Source of the DNA: an uncultured Acidimicrobiales bacterium
GTDB lineage: Bacteria > Actinomycetota > Acidimicrobiia > Acidimicrobiales > CALAML01
NCBI GenBank assembly: GCA_937925845.1
Contig: CALAML010000040.1
Span: forward strand, 1,463-65,462
DNA length: 64,000 bases
Direction of reading: 5' to 3'
Of the stretch, positions 8,898 to 18,037 are shown one piece after another. Under the pieces are notes generated by a model that had not been told where the DNA came from, made no database searches, and was given only the letters and a program-made list of their open reading frames with translations. The translations under genes were made by a program, and so were the position numbers. Numbering within the stretch: the stretch's first letter is position 1; each line of letters begins with the position of its first letter.

Positions 8898-10388
8898 CTA
8901 GCTGCGATCGCCCCACAGTCGTTGGTGCTCGGCATCGAGATCGGACTCAACGCGGCACTCGGCATCGAGCACCAGACTGCTGCGACTGGCGGCGTCATAC
9001 CGGGGCCATTCGGGAAGGCCGGCGCCGTTGGGGTCTCCGGTGTGAGCGAACCGCAGCACGGTATTGGACCAGTTGCGGGCCAGCTCCAGCACCACCGGGT
9101 CGTCGCTATCGTGGAAGCCGAGCGGATCGGCGCCGTCGACGACAAAGCCGTTAAAGGTGAAGGGAATCTCACTGGCATGGGTTGCGCCCATCTTCCCTTC
9201 ATAGGAGGTGGAGGGCAGATCGAAGCGGTAGAGCCAGCCGCCCGGGCCCGCGGCGGTGGCTGCTTCGGCGCACATGATGGAGAGCCGCCGAAACAGGTCG
9301 ACCCAAATGCGTTCGAAGTGAACCTGAGGCGAGTCCTCGGGATACTGCTCCTTGAGTCCGGTCACGTAGCTGGAGGCATCGGCGCCATCGAGGATGTTCA
9401 TGGCCAGAAGCGGGCCCATGAAGCTCATGGTCGGCTCATCGCTACCGAGGATGGCGGAGAACAGCGTGCCTTCGTCGTGGGTGGTGCCGGCGATCAGCGG
9501 GACTCCGGCGCCGGCCCGCTCGGCGATGGCGGTGGCTGGGTCGCGGGTTACCACGGTGCCGTCGATGCCGTTGCCGGCCAGCCCGCCCATGGCGGTGTGG
9601 GTCTCGACCAGTTCCTCGGCGGTCATCGAGCGCAGCTTGTCGACCAAGCCGGCCTCGTCGACTCCGAGAGCGGGCGCAAGCATCCCGGCCAGACCCAACG
9701 GTGGGGTGTTCATGCCCCCCGGGCTGTGGGCGATGGCCTTGTGGTAGAGGCCGTCGGCCGCCGGTGCCGCCATCAGACCCAGCACCGACCCGCCACCCGC
9801 GGACTCGCCAAAGATGGTGACGTTGTTGGGGTCGCCGCCGAAGTCGGAGATGTTGTCGCGAACCCACTCCAGAGCCAAGATCTGGTCGCGGATGCCGTTC
9901 GAAGCCGAGCCCACCAACTCCGGGTCGTGGCCGGACAGGTCGAGGAAGCCGAGCAGCCCTAGCCGGTAGTTGATGGCGACCACCACCACATCACCCTGGG
10001 CGGCAATGATCGAACCGTTGTAACTGTTGGCCGATCCGGTTACGTACGCGCCTCCATGAATCCACACCATCACGGGTCGGCTGGGTGTTTCACCAGACCC
10101 GGCTGCCGGGGCCGGAGTAAAGACGTTCAGGAACAGGCAGTCTTCGTTGAGTTCGCCCGGCTCCTCTGGTCCGAGAATCTCCGACATCGGTGCCTGCGGC
10201 GAACGGTTCGGAAACCGGGTGGCGTCATAGGTGCCCGACCACGGTTCAGCGGCGACCGGGGGGCGAAAGCGAAGGTCGCCGACAGGAGGTTGGGCAAACC
10301 GAAGCCCACGAAACACCTGAACTTCGCCGTCGGGCACCGAGACCGACAACCCCTCGACCTCACCCATCCGGGTAGTCAGCTTCACCAT
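8898..10388 (-). CDS. Carboxylesterase type B
   Basis: EDCLFLNV, WIHGGAY, GESAGG nucleophile, GATHASEIPF. Confidence 0.93.
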   Translation of the reverse strand: MVKLTTRMGEVEGLSVSVPDGEVQVFRGLRFAQPPVGDLRFRPPVAAEPWSGTYDATRFPNRSPQAPMSEILGPEEPGELNEDCLFLNVFTPAPAAGSGETPSRPVMVWIHGGAYVTGSANSYNGSIIAAQGDVVVVAINYRLGLLGFLDLSGHDPELVGSASNGIRDQILALEWVRDNISDFGGDPNNVTIFGESAGGGSVLGLMAAPAADGLYHKAIAHSPGGMNTPPLGLAGMLAPALGVDEAGLVDKLRSMTAEELVETHTAMGGLAGNGIDGTVVTRDPATAIAERAGAGVPLIAGTTHDEGTLFSAILGSDEPTMSFMGPLLAMNILDGADASSYVTGLKEQYPEDSPQVHFERIWVDLFRRLSIMCAEAATAAGPGGWLYRFDLPSTSYEGKMGATHASEIPFTFNGFVVDGADPLGFHDSDDPVVLELARNWSNTVLRFAHTGDPNGAGLPEWPRYDAASRSSLVLDAECRVESDLDAEHQRLWGDRS

Positions 10389-10591
10389 GTGACCATTCCT
10401 CCAGATCCGTCATCACCCGGTTGGGCGGTGGCAGGTAACGCTAGCTGGTCCCACCGAGGTGTCGTAGCTCGCGAGCAGACTGGCGACCTTCTGACCGTGA
10501 GGGTCACGGCACTGCACCGCCCGCCGATGGCTGCGTCGATCACGGCACCGCTCGATGTCTCCTCCGTCAATGCACCTCCGTCAAACGTCAC

Positions 10592-10701
10592 CTTCGAGGT
10601 GAATTACGTTCACCTTGGAGCGGTGCGCGTCGGCGGGATCTCATGACCTCCGGGAACCTCACTACCTCCGCGGTGAATTATGTTCACCTTGGAGGTGAGG
10701 T
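10592..10701. repeat. Palindromic intergenic repeats, family C (..GGTGAA-ttayg-TTCACC..), two copies
   Basis: cttcgaggtgaattacgttcaccttggag and cctccgcggtgaattatgttcaccttggagg. Half-units recur at 14600-14680. Confidence 0.65.
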
Positions 10702-10751
10702 GCTTTGTGTGCTTGGGCCACGACAGCGCTTAGGAACTAGGTTGGCAGTCG

Positions 10752-11186
10752 ATGCGTGCCGATGACTTTGCCCCGCTGGAACCCGAAGCCGCGAAGGCGT
10801 GGGGGAACTTCCTCGACTGGGACGGACAGATCTACTTTCCCAACAGGGTTGGTCTTGAACTGGAAGAAGTCCGTACCGACTACTGCCGGGTCCGCCTCCC
10901 GTTTCACCCCCAGAACGTTCAGCCGGCAGGTGTGGTCCACGGGGGTGCCATCGCCACCATCCTGGACACTGTTGTGGTTCCGGCAATCGGGTCTGGCCTG
11001 GCTCCAGATGTCGGGTTTTCCACAATCGAACTCCACGTGCAGTACATGCGAGCTCTGACCGGGGACGCGATCGGCGAAGGGTGGGTCACCAAACGAGGAC
11101 GACGGGTGGTGTTCACCCGGGCCGAGGTTACCGACACCGATGGGCGGCTAATAGCCACCGGAACCGCAACCTACGCCCTGCACTAA
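10752..11186 (+). CDS. PaaI family thioesterase
   Basis: QPAGVVHGGAIATILD; STIELHVQYMR; GRRVVF. Confidence 0.9.
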   Translation: MRADDFAPLEPEAAKAWGNFLDWDGQIYFPNRVGLELEEVRTDYCRVRLPFHPQNVQPAGVVHGGAIATILDTVVVPAIGSGLAPDVGFSTIELHVQYMRALTGDAIGEGWVTKRGRRVVFTRAEVTDTDGRLIATGTATYALH

Positions 11187-11223
11187 CTCAGCTCGATCAT
11201 CAACGTGGGCCGCCAACCCAAAC

Positions 11224-11276
11224 CCGAAATGTCGGAAGAAAACGACAAACTTTGTCGCCACTTTCCGACATTTTGG
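11224..11276. repeat. 53-bp palindromic repeat, family A (CCGAAATGTCGG...CCGACATTT(C/T)GG)
   Basis: Outer inverted arms with an inner cgac/gtcg stem. Same-length copies at 12141 and 23155. Confidence 0.75.
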
Positions 11277-11321
11277 TCGGTGGCGGGTCGGGACCGCTTG
11301 GTTTGGCCGGACGGGAACCGG

Positions 11322-12110
11322 TCAGCGGCGGCGGCGCTTGACCTCGATGGGCTGGGTCCAGGCGAAGACGTTTGGCGGCCACGGTTCGCCGGTGATCGGA
11401 TGACCCTGCATGTCGACCACGTGGTCGTAACGCTCCTGTAGCCAAGACAGGATCTCGCTTTCGAAGGCGGCCAACTCCACCACGATCAGCGGATGATCGC
11501 GCTCCACCAGCTCGGCCATGCCTTGAAGCACGGCCAGGTCATCGCCATCGGTATCGATTTTGACCGCGGCAACCGGACGTGATTCCACCGAACCTCCGTC
11601 ATCAGCAGCGGATCCACGACTCAGTAGGGGGCTCAACAGATCGTCGAGGCGTTTGGTGGAGCCCTCGCCGTTGCCAACCGTGGCGTGTACACACGAAACA
11701 TGGGCGTGATTGCGAGCGGCGGTCGCCTCAAGCAGCTGGTAGATCGGCTCCGACCCCTCCACGGCAATCACCAGGCCGTCGTCACCCACCGCCGAGCCGG
11801 CGACCATCGAGATAAAGCCGTAGTTCGCGCCAACATCGATCACCACATCGCCCGGGTCGAGGTGATGGGCGAGGGTGCGACAGACTACGTTCTCGACTCC
11901 GGAGGCCTGGGCCCTGCCGGCAACATCGGGCGGAGCGGTGAAGGAAAAGCGATGGCCCTCGAAATTGATGGGCACCGTCACCAGCCGAGCGCGGACGCGA
12001 GACGACAGGTCTTCCGAACGCTCGGATCCCAGCAGCGACTTGCCAGCGCGGACCGCCTGATCAACCGCCGGCAGCGCCCGAATACGATGAATGTTGCGCC
12101 AGATCCCCAT
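11322..12110 (-). CDS. FkbM family SAM-dependent methyltransferase
   Basis: VIDVGANYG, VIAVEG, VKIDTDG. Start ATG 12110 lies 6 nt after TACGAT (-10-like). Confidence 0.8.
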   Translation of the reverse strand: MGIWRNIHRIRALPAVDQAVRAGKSLLGSERSEDLSSRVRARLVTVPINFEGHRFSFTAPPDVAGRAQASGVENVVCRTLAHHLDPGDVVIDVGANYGFISMVAGSAVGDDGLVIAVEGSEPIYQLLEATAARNHAHVSCVHATVGNGEGSTKRLDDLLSPLLSRGSAADDGGSVESRPVAAVKIDTDGDDLAVLQGMAELVERDHPLIVVELAAFESEILSWLQERYDHVVDMQGHPITGEPWPPNVFAWTQPIEVKRRRR

Positions 12111-12140
12111 GGCCGAATCGTAACGGCCCCACCCACCCAT

Positions 12141-12193
12141 CCGAAATGTCGGAAGAAAACGACTAAATCCGTCGCAATCTTCCGGCATTTCGG
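12141..12193. repeat. 53-bp palindromic repeat, family A
   Basis: First 23 bp (ccgaaatgtcggaagaaaacgac) identical to the copy at 11224. Confidence 0.75.
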
Positions 12194-12233
12194 GTTTCAG
12201 CGGCGGGTTCGACTCGCGGACTAGATTCGGCGG

Positions 12234-14582
12234 ATGGCTAGTGAGAGCATGTCGCCGCCCGAGCCCTACCAGGGTTTTGAGGGCTCGGTGAACCGGATCT
12301 TTTCCACCTCGAGTCCGTGGTGGCCACCGCGCCCGATGGCGGCTGACCGGGCCCCCAACGTGTTGGTGATGATGGCCGACGACCTCGGTTATTCCGACCT
12401 CGGCTGCTACGGCTCCGAGATCGACACGCCGGCGCTTGATCGGCTGGCCGATGACGGAGTTCGCTTCACCAACTTCCACGTCAACCCGATGTGTTCACCC
12501 ACCCGGGCGTCGCTGCTCACCGGCCTGAACCACCACCTCGCCGGCATGGGCCACGTCGCCCACTTCGACCCGGGCTTCCCCGGCTACGCCATGGAGATTC
12601 GTGACGATGCGGTGACCATGGGCGGGCTCCTGCGGGACCATGGCTACGCCTCGCTGATGGTGGGGAAGTGGCACCTCTGCAAGGACGCCGACCTGAGCGA
12701 AGCCGGGTCGAAGAAGTCGTGGCCACTGCAGAAAGGCTTTGACCGCTACTACGGCATCCTCGACGGCTTCACCAACTTTCACCAGCCCCACCGGCTGTAT
12801 GAAGACAACCACGCCATCACCGTCGATCAGTATCCCGACGACTACTACTTCACTGACGACCTGACCGATCGAGCCATCGCCATGGTGCGTGAAGTTCGCG
12901 ACTCACACCCGACCAAACCGTGGTTTCTCTACTTCGCCCACGGTGCGGTCCACGCCCCGCTTCAGGCCAAGGTCGACGACATCGAGAAGTACCGTGATCG
13001 CTACCAGCAGGGGTGGGACGAGGTTCGGCGCCAACGCCACCAGCGCCAGATCGACCTCGGAGTGATCAGTGCCGACACCCCATTGCCGGCTCGCAACCAT
13101 GAGGAGGGCCACGCGGTTAAGGCCTGGGACGAACTCACCGCCATGGAGAAAGAGACCTTCGCCCGGTACCAGGAGATCTTCGCCGGCATGGTCGACAACG
13201 TCGATCAGAACTTCGCCCGTCTTCGGGCCGAACTGGAAGCGATGGGGGAGTGGGACAACACCATCGTGGTCTTTACCTCCGACAACGGTGGATCCCGCGA
13301 AGGTCAGGAAGACGGCACCAGCGCCTACTTCCGCACCCTGCTGCTCCAGGGTGGCGGCTCGGAGTCGCTCGAGAGCGTGGAGCTTGACCACAGCCGGCTC
13401 GACCTGCTCGGCGGCCCGCAAACGCTGGCCCACTACAACATGGGCTGGGCCATGGTTTCGAGCACCCCGTTCCGGATGTACAAGATCAACACTCACCAGG
13501 GCGGCCACCAGGTGCCCCTCATCGTCTCGTGGCCCGACGGCCTTGCTGATGGAGCCGAGCCCGGATCCATGCGCAACCAGTATCAACACGTGACCGACCT
13601 GTTGCCCACCCTCGCCGAGCTCCTCGGTATTGAAGTGCCCGATACTGCCAACGGCCACATCGTGCCCGAAGCGGCCGGAGCCAGCTTTGCCCCGGCTCTC
13701 ACCTCCACCGACCCGGCCATCGCGTCGACCCACACCGAGCAGTACTACGAGATGATCGGCCACCGCGGCTTCTACCGCGACGGCTGGTCGGCGGTAACCC
13801 TGCGCCAACCCCGGACCGCCTTTAGCGAGGAGACGTGGGAGCTCCACCATCTAGCCGAGGACCCGACCGAGGTCACTGACTTGGCCGAAGCCCATCCCGA
13901 CAAGGTGGCCGAACTCCAACAGGCCTTCGAAGACGCAGCCTGGGCCAACCAGGTCTATCCCCTCGACGAGGGCAACTTTGTGAAGGCGTTGACCCGACCA
14001 CCCAGCGACGAGGCCTACCGGGAGCCGGTGGTGTTCCGGCCCTTCGGCCCCACGCCGGAACGGTGGCGCTGCCTTCAGCTGATCAACTTCTGCAACTTCA
14101 CCATCGACGTCGACCTGGACTACCACGATGGTGACGAGGGCATGCTCGTGGCCCATGGGGACCAGGGTGGCGGCTACGCCCTCTATGTCGAAGGCGGACA
14201 CCTCCACTACGTGCACAACGGCTACGGCTCAATGGTCGAGATTGACTGCGGCCCCATCACCAACGGGACCCGTACTATCCGGGCTGCGTTCGAGGCACCC
14301 GGCAGCCGGAAGTGGAACCTGGTGCTCAGCATCGACGGCGCCGAAGTGGGGCGGGCCGAGGCCCTGCCGGTACTCACCGCTATGGCGCCGTTCGAAGGTA
14401 TCGATGTGGGGCTCGACCGGCGGTCGCCGGTGTCGTGGGCGGTCTATGAACGTCACGGTCCGTTCCGCTACACCGGTGGCGATCGGCTCCGCTCGGTGAC
14501 CTACACTCCCGGCGATCTGGCCCCCGACGCCGGAGCCCAATGGCTCGACGTGTTGCGCGAGGCGGGAACCAAATACGAATAG
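12234..14582 (+). CDS. Arylsulfatase (Cys-type, formylglycine-dependent)
   Basis: MADDLGYSD, CSPTRASLLTG, GKWHL, SDNG; C-terminal beta-rich domain as in actinobacterial Ats proteins. Confidence 0.95.
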   Translation: MASESMSPPEPYQGFEGSVNRIFSTSSPWWPPRPMAADRAPNVLVMMADDLGYSDLGCYGSEIDTPALDRLADDGVRFTNFHVNPMCSPTRASLLTGLNHHLAGMGHVAHFDPGFPGYAMEIRDDAVTMGGLLRDHGYASLMVGKWHLCKDADLSEAGSKKSWPLQKGFDRYYGILDGFTNFHQPHRLYEDNHAITVDQYPDDYYFTDDLTDRAIAMVREVRDSHPTKPWFLYFAHGAVHAPLQAKVDDIEKYRDRYQQGWDEVRRQRHQRQIDLGVISADTPLPARNHEEGHAVKAWDELTAMEKETFARYQEIFAGMVDNVDQNFARLRAELEAMGEWDNTIVVFTSDNGGSREGQEDGTSAYFRTLLLQGGGSESLESVELDHSRLDLLGGPQTLAHYNMGWAMVSSTPFRMYKINTHQGGHQVPLIVSWPDGLADGAEPGSMRNQYQHVTDLLPTLAELLGIEVPDTANGHIVPEAAGASFAPALTSTDPAIASTHTEQYYEMIGHRGFYRDGWSAVTLRQPRTAFSEETWELHHLAEDPTEVTDLAEAHPDKVAELQQAFEDAAWANQVYPLDEGNFVKALTRPPSDEAYREPVVFRPFGPTPERWRCLQLINFCNFTIDVDLDYHDGDEGMLVAHGDQGGGYALYVEGGHLHYVHNGYGSMVEIDCGPITNGTRTIRAAFEAPGSRKWNLVLSIDGAEVGRAEALPVLTAMAPFEGIDVGLDRRSPVSWAVYERHGPFRYTGGDRLRSVTYTPGDLAPDAGAQWLDVLREAGTKYE

Positions 14583-14599
14583 CCAACCGGCGAATGCGA

Positions 14600-14680
14600 T
14601 TCACCTCGAAGGTGGCGGGTTCCAACAGCACGCGAATGCTGTTCACCTCGGAGGTCGACCTTGGAGGTGGCGGGTTCCCC
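14600..14680. repeat. Family C half-repeats (ttcacctcg(a/g)aggt..ggcgggttcc)
   Basis: Reverse complement ggaacccgccaccttcgaggtgaa matches ggaacctcactacctccgcggtgaa at about 10653. Confidence 0.55.
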
Positions 14681-14739
14681 GGGTTATCACCAGTGAAACA
14701 TTGTTTGAATCGCTGGTGACAATTGATATTATCAACTTA

Positions 14740-15927
14740 ATGAGTGATGGAAACGCGATATCAACACGCAAGCTCTTTGCACCGCCTGAGCTCACCGATG
14801 GTGAATTGGCGGCGATCGCCCGCATAGAAGAGTTGCGCAACAAGCTTCGGTTTTATGTCTCGGAGCCGCGCCGGTGGCTCGGCCCGGTCAGCAAGATCCT
14901 TTCGGCCAAGGCCATCCAGGGCACCAACAGCATTGAGGGCTACGACGTCACCGACGATGAGGCGGTGGCGGCAGTGGCCGGGGACACCCCCGACGGGGAG
15001 TCGCCCGAACTGAGTGTCAAAGCCCTCCTCGCCTACCAGCGAGCGATGACCTACGTGCTCCAACTCGCAAAGGATGACCACTTCCACTTCGACCCGGCGC
15101 TTATTCGAAGCCTGCACTTTATGGTGACGGAGTATGACCTTGATGCCTCGCCGGGCCTTTGGCGGCCGGGCCCGATCTGGGTTCGCAACGATGATGCTGG
15201 AGAGATCGTTTACCAGGGTCCCGACGCCGAGATGGTGCCGGAATTGGTCTCATGTCTCATGGAGGCGATCGAAGGGATGGACGACCTCCCGGCGATGGTG
15301 AAGGGGGCCATGGCGCACCTGAACTTGGTGATGATCCACCCATTCAGGGACGGTAACGGGCGCATGGCGCGATGTCTGCAAACGCTGGTCCTGGCTCGCG
15401 AGGGAGTTCTCGCACCCCAATTTTGCAGCATCGAGGAATACTTGGGCCGCAACACGCAGAGCTACTACGACATTCTCGCGGCCACCGGCCAGGGATCCTG
15501 GAACCCTGACAACGACGCGACCGACTGGGTGCGGTACTGCCTGGTGGCCCACTACGTGCAGGCTGCAAGCGTGCTGCGAAGGATCCGAGAGTCGGAGGCG
15601 ACATGGGGTCTGCTCGAAGCCGAGGTGGCCGCGGCGAAGCTGCCCACGAGGACGATCGAGGCGCTCTTTGATGCCACTTTTGGCCTGAAGGTTCGCAACT
15701 CGTCCTACCGAAGCGCGGTCCGGGCCGCGACACCAGACGACGAGATTTCAAACCAAACGGCCACCAGCGACCTCAAGCGAATGGTCGACGCCGGACTTCT
15801 CGCCAAGAAGGGAAACAAGCGCGGCAGCCACTATGTCGCTGGTAGCCCGTTGCTCGCCATCCGCAAAGTGCACCGCGACCAGCGGGAGAAGATTGAGTTC
15901 AGCCACCTGTTCGACGTCGATAAGTGA
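14740..15927 (+). CDS. Fic family AMPylase, class II-type, C-terminal winged helix
   Basis: Canonical HPFRDGNGRMAR; N-terminal inhibitory motif TNSIEG; C-terminal ATSDLKRMVDAGLLAKKG. Confidence 0.9.
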   Translation: MSDGNAISTRKLFAPPELTDGELAAIARIEELRNKLRFYVSEPRRWLGPVSKILSAKAIQGTNSIEGYDVTDDEAVAAVAGDTPDGESPELSVKALLAYQRAMTYVLQLAKDDHFHFDPALIRSLHFMVTEYDLDASPGLWRPGPIWVRNDDAGEIVYQGPDAEMVPELVSCLMEAIEGMDDLPAMVKGAMAHLNLVMIHPFRDGNGRMARCLQTLVLAREGVLAPQFCSIEEYLGRNTQSYYDILAATGQGSWNPDNDATDWVRYCLVAHYVQAASVLRRIRESEATWGLLEAEVAAAKLPTRTIEALFDATFGLKVRNSSYRSAVRAATPDDEISNQTATSDLKRMVDAGLLAKKGNKRGSHYVAGSPLLAIRKVHRDQREKIEFSHLFDVDK

Positions 15928-16107
15928 CAGTCGATAGGTATCAGAGGGCGAGCTCACCGTCGGAGGTCTGCGGGGGTTGTAGCTGGCTGTAGTCGTCGAC
16001 TGGCGCAAAGTTGTTGGGTTCGGCGGGCGACCAGGGCGGTGCCGGCGAGAACGATGATTCCGTGTGTTTGCTGTCCACCGCCGGTGTCCGCCGATGAACT
16101 CCTGGTT

Positions 16108-17844
16108 TCAGGAATCGGCGGGGATCTTTACCGTCTCGGTGTCGCGGCCGGCCCTGAAGACGACCCCGGGGGTGGCGTTGGTGGCCTGACCGTCGGCGAC
16201 GATCGTCTGACCGTTGACGATCACCCGATCGATACCGCGGGACCCTGCGTAGAGCCGCTTGGTGCCACCCGGTAGGTCGTTCACCATCACGACTTCCTCC
16301 GACCCAACCGTGGTCGGGTCGAACACCACCACATCGGCGTGCCAACCCTCGTGGAGTTCGCCCCGCTCCTTTAGGCCGAACAGTCGAGCCGGTGCCTGGG
16401 TGAGATGCTGAATCGTCTCCTCCAACGAGGTCAGCTTCCGACCATGAAGCGTGTCGTCGAGCCAGGCGGTGGTGTACGGCGCACCGGCCATCCGATCGAG
16501 ATGGGCCCCGGCATCGGAACCGCCGATCAGCACGTTCTCGTGTTCCCAGGCGGCCTGACGCATCAACCAACTCGATGGATCGTCATCGGTGGGGCCGGGC
16601 CAGATCACCGTCCGAAGATCGTCCTCGAGCACGATGTCGAGCAGGGCGTAGAAATCCCGAACACCACGTTCGCGGGCGATGTCGGCCACCTTGCGGCCCT
16701 TCAAACCTTCGTTGGCCTCGGAGTAGGTGTCGCCGATCTCATAGAGGCCCCACCCGGTGAGGCGGGCAAACACCCCGGCCTCGGGCGACGCGGCGGACTC
16801 CTCCAGCTGGCGGCGAACCTCGGGATCGCGAAGTTTTTCCATCCGCTCCTCAAGCGGCAGGCTGAGGATCTCTTTCCAACCGGGCAGCATGAAGAGGGCG
16901 CAGTAGGTGAGGAAGCTCATGTTCATGCCGACGAGCACCGGCATGGTGAGGGCCACCACCTGAGCGCCGCGCTCACGGGTGGTGTCGAGCGCCGCCAGTT
17001 GATGGCGATACTCCTCGGGTCGGGCCGAGTCGATGGTGAGCACGTTCCAGTTCAGCGGTCGCCGACCAGCGAGCGACATGTCAGCCATCAGGGTGATCTC
17101 GTCGTCGTCGAAGCCGTTCAAGCAGCCGTCGGTCACCCATTCGAGCGTGGTGCCCTCGTAGTCGGCCACCGCCGCACACAACTCAAGCACCTCGTCGACC
17201 GAAGCGTGGCGGGAGGGAACCGGCTCGCCTTCACCATCGCTGTGGGTGAAGGAACGGGTGGTGGAAAAGCCCAAGCCGCCGGCCTGGATGGACTCTTCAA
17301 GGAGCCGCCGCATCTCGGCGATCTGTTCTGGGGTGGCTTCACCTGAGGTGGAAGCGTCGCCCATCACCATGCGTCGTAGAGCGCAGTGGCCCACAAGAGC
17401 ACCGACGTTGATGCCGACGTTGCCATCGAGACGGTCGAGATACTCGCCGAACGTTTTCCAGTTCCAGTTCACACCGGTCTCAAGGGCCTCCAACGGCATG
17501 CCCTCAACCTTGACCATCATGTGGCGGATGTAGTCGGCGTCCTCATCGGAGCCGAGCGGTGCCAGGGTGAAACCGCAGTTGCCCATGATGGCGCTAGTGA
17601 CGCCATGCAGGTTCGACGGCGTGGCGCCCGGATCCCAGAACAGCTGAGCGTCATAGTGGGTATGGGGATCAACAAAGCCGGGACAAACAATCTTGCCGGT
17701 GGCATCGATGACCTCGGCCGCCTCAACCGATGAGAGATCGCCGATGGCGGTGATGCGCCCGTCCTCGATCCCCACGTCTGCTTGTCGACCCGGTGCCCCG
17801 GTGCCATCGACAACCGTGCCCCCACGAATAATGGTGTCCAACAT
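16108..17844 (-). CDS. N-acyl-D-amino-acid deacylase family amidohydrolase
   Basis: GGTVVDGTG, PGFVDPHTHYD, MGNCG, SDAGAH, ADVVVFDP. Confidence 0.9.
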   Translation of the reverse strand: MLDTIIRGGTVVDGTGAPGRQADVGIEDGRITAIGDLSSVEAAEVIDATGKIVCPGFVDPHTHYDAQLFWDPGATPSNLHGVTSAIMGNCGFTLAPLGSDEDADYIRHMMVKVEGMPLEALETGVNWNWKTFGEYLDRLDGNVGINVGALVGHCALRRMVMGDASTSGEATPEQIAEMRRLLEESIQAGGLGFSTTRSFTHSDGEGEPVPSRHASVDEVLELCAAVADYEGTTLEWVTDGCLNGFDDDEITLMADMSLAGRRPLNWNVLTIDSARPEEYRHQLAALDTTRERGAQVVALTMPVLVGMNMSFLTYCALFMLPGWKEILSLPLEERMEKLRDPEVRRQLEESAASPEAGVFARLTGWGLYEIGDTYSEANEGLKGRKVADIARERGVRDFYALLDIVLEDDLRTVIWPGPTDDDPSSWLMRQAAWEHENVLIGGSDAGAHLDRMAGAPYTTAWLDDTLHGRKLTSLEETIQHLTQAPARLFGLKERGELHEGWHADVVVFDPTTVGSEEVVMVNDLPGGTKRLYAGSRGIDRVIVNGQTIVADGQATNATPGVVFRAGRDTETVKIPADS

Positions 17845-18037
17845 GACTCCGATGGTAGTCAACGCCGCTGCGTTCTGTAGCTACGTGTGACAGATCTTGG
17901 CCTGGTATGTCCTGCCTCTTGCTGATGACAAGCCGGGGGGCGTTCCCGTCCTTATGCGATCCGGCCCTCTGGTCCTACCGCCGGCCGACTCGGAATCTCT
18001 GTCGGCCTGCTTCGGTAGAACTGACATACTGCGAGTT

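Noticed and set aside
8862-8900. TAG readthrough fusing the carboxylesterase to TspO (in frame)
   Set aside because: One-in-three chance of being in frame; the linker is not conserved-looking and there are no pyrrolysine genes or recoding signals.
12200-12222. tRNA T-loop-like GGTTCGACTC (searched for tRNA-Sec)
   Set aside because: No cloverleaf; it lies between a repeat and the sulfatase promoter. No tRNA found in the window.
14583-16107. Prophage, integron or IS around fic
   Set aside because: No integrase or transposase, no att-like direct repeats and no attC consensus seen.
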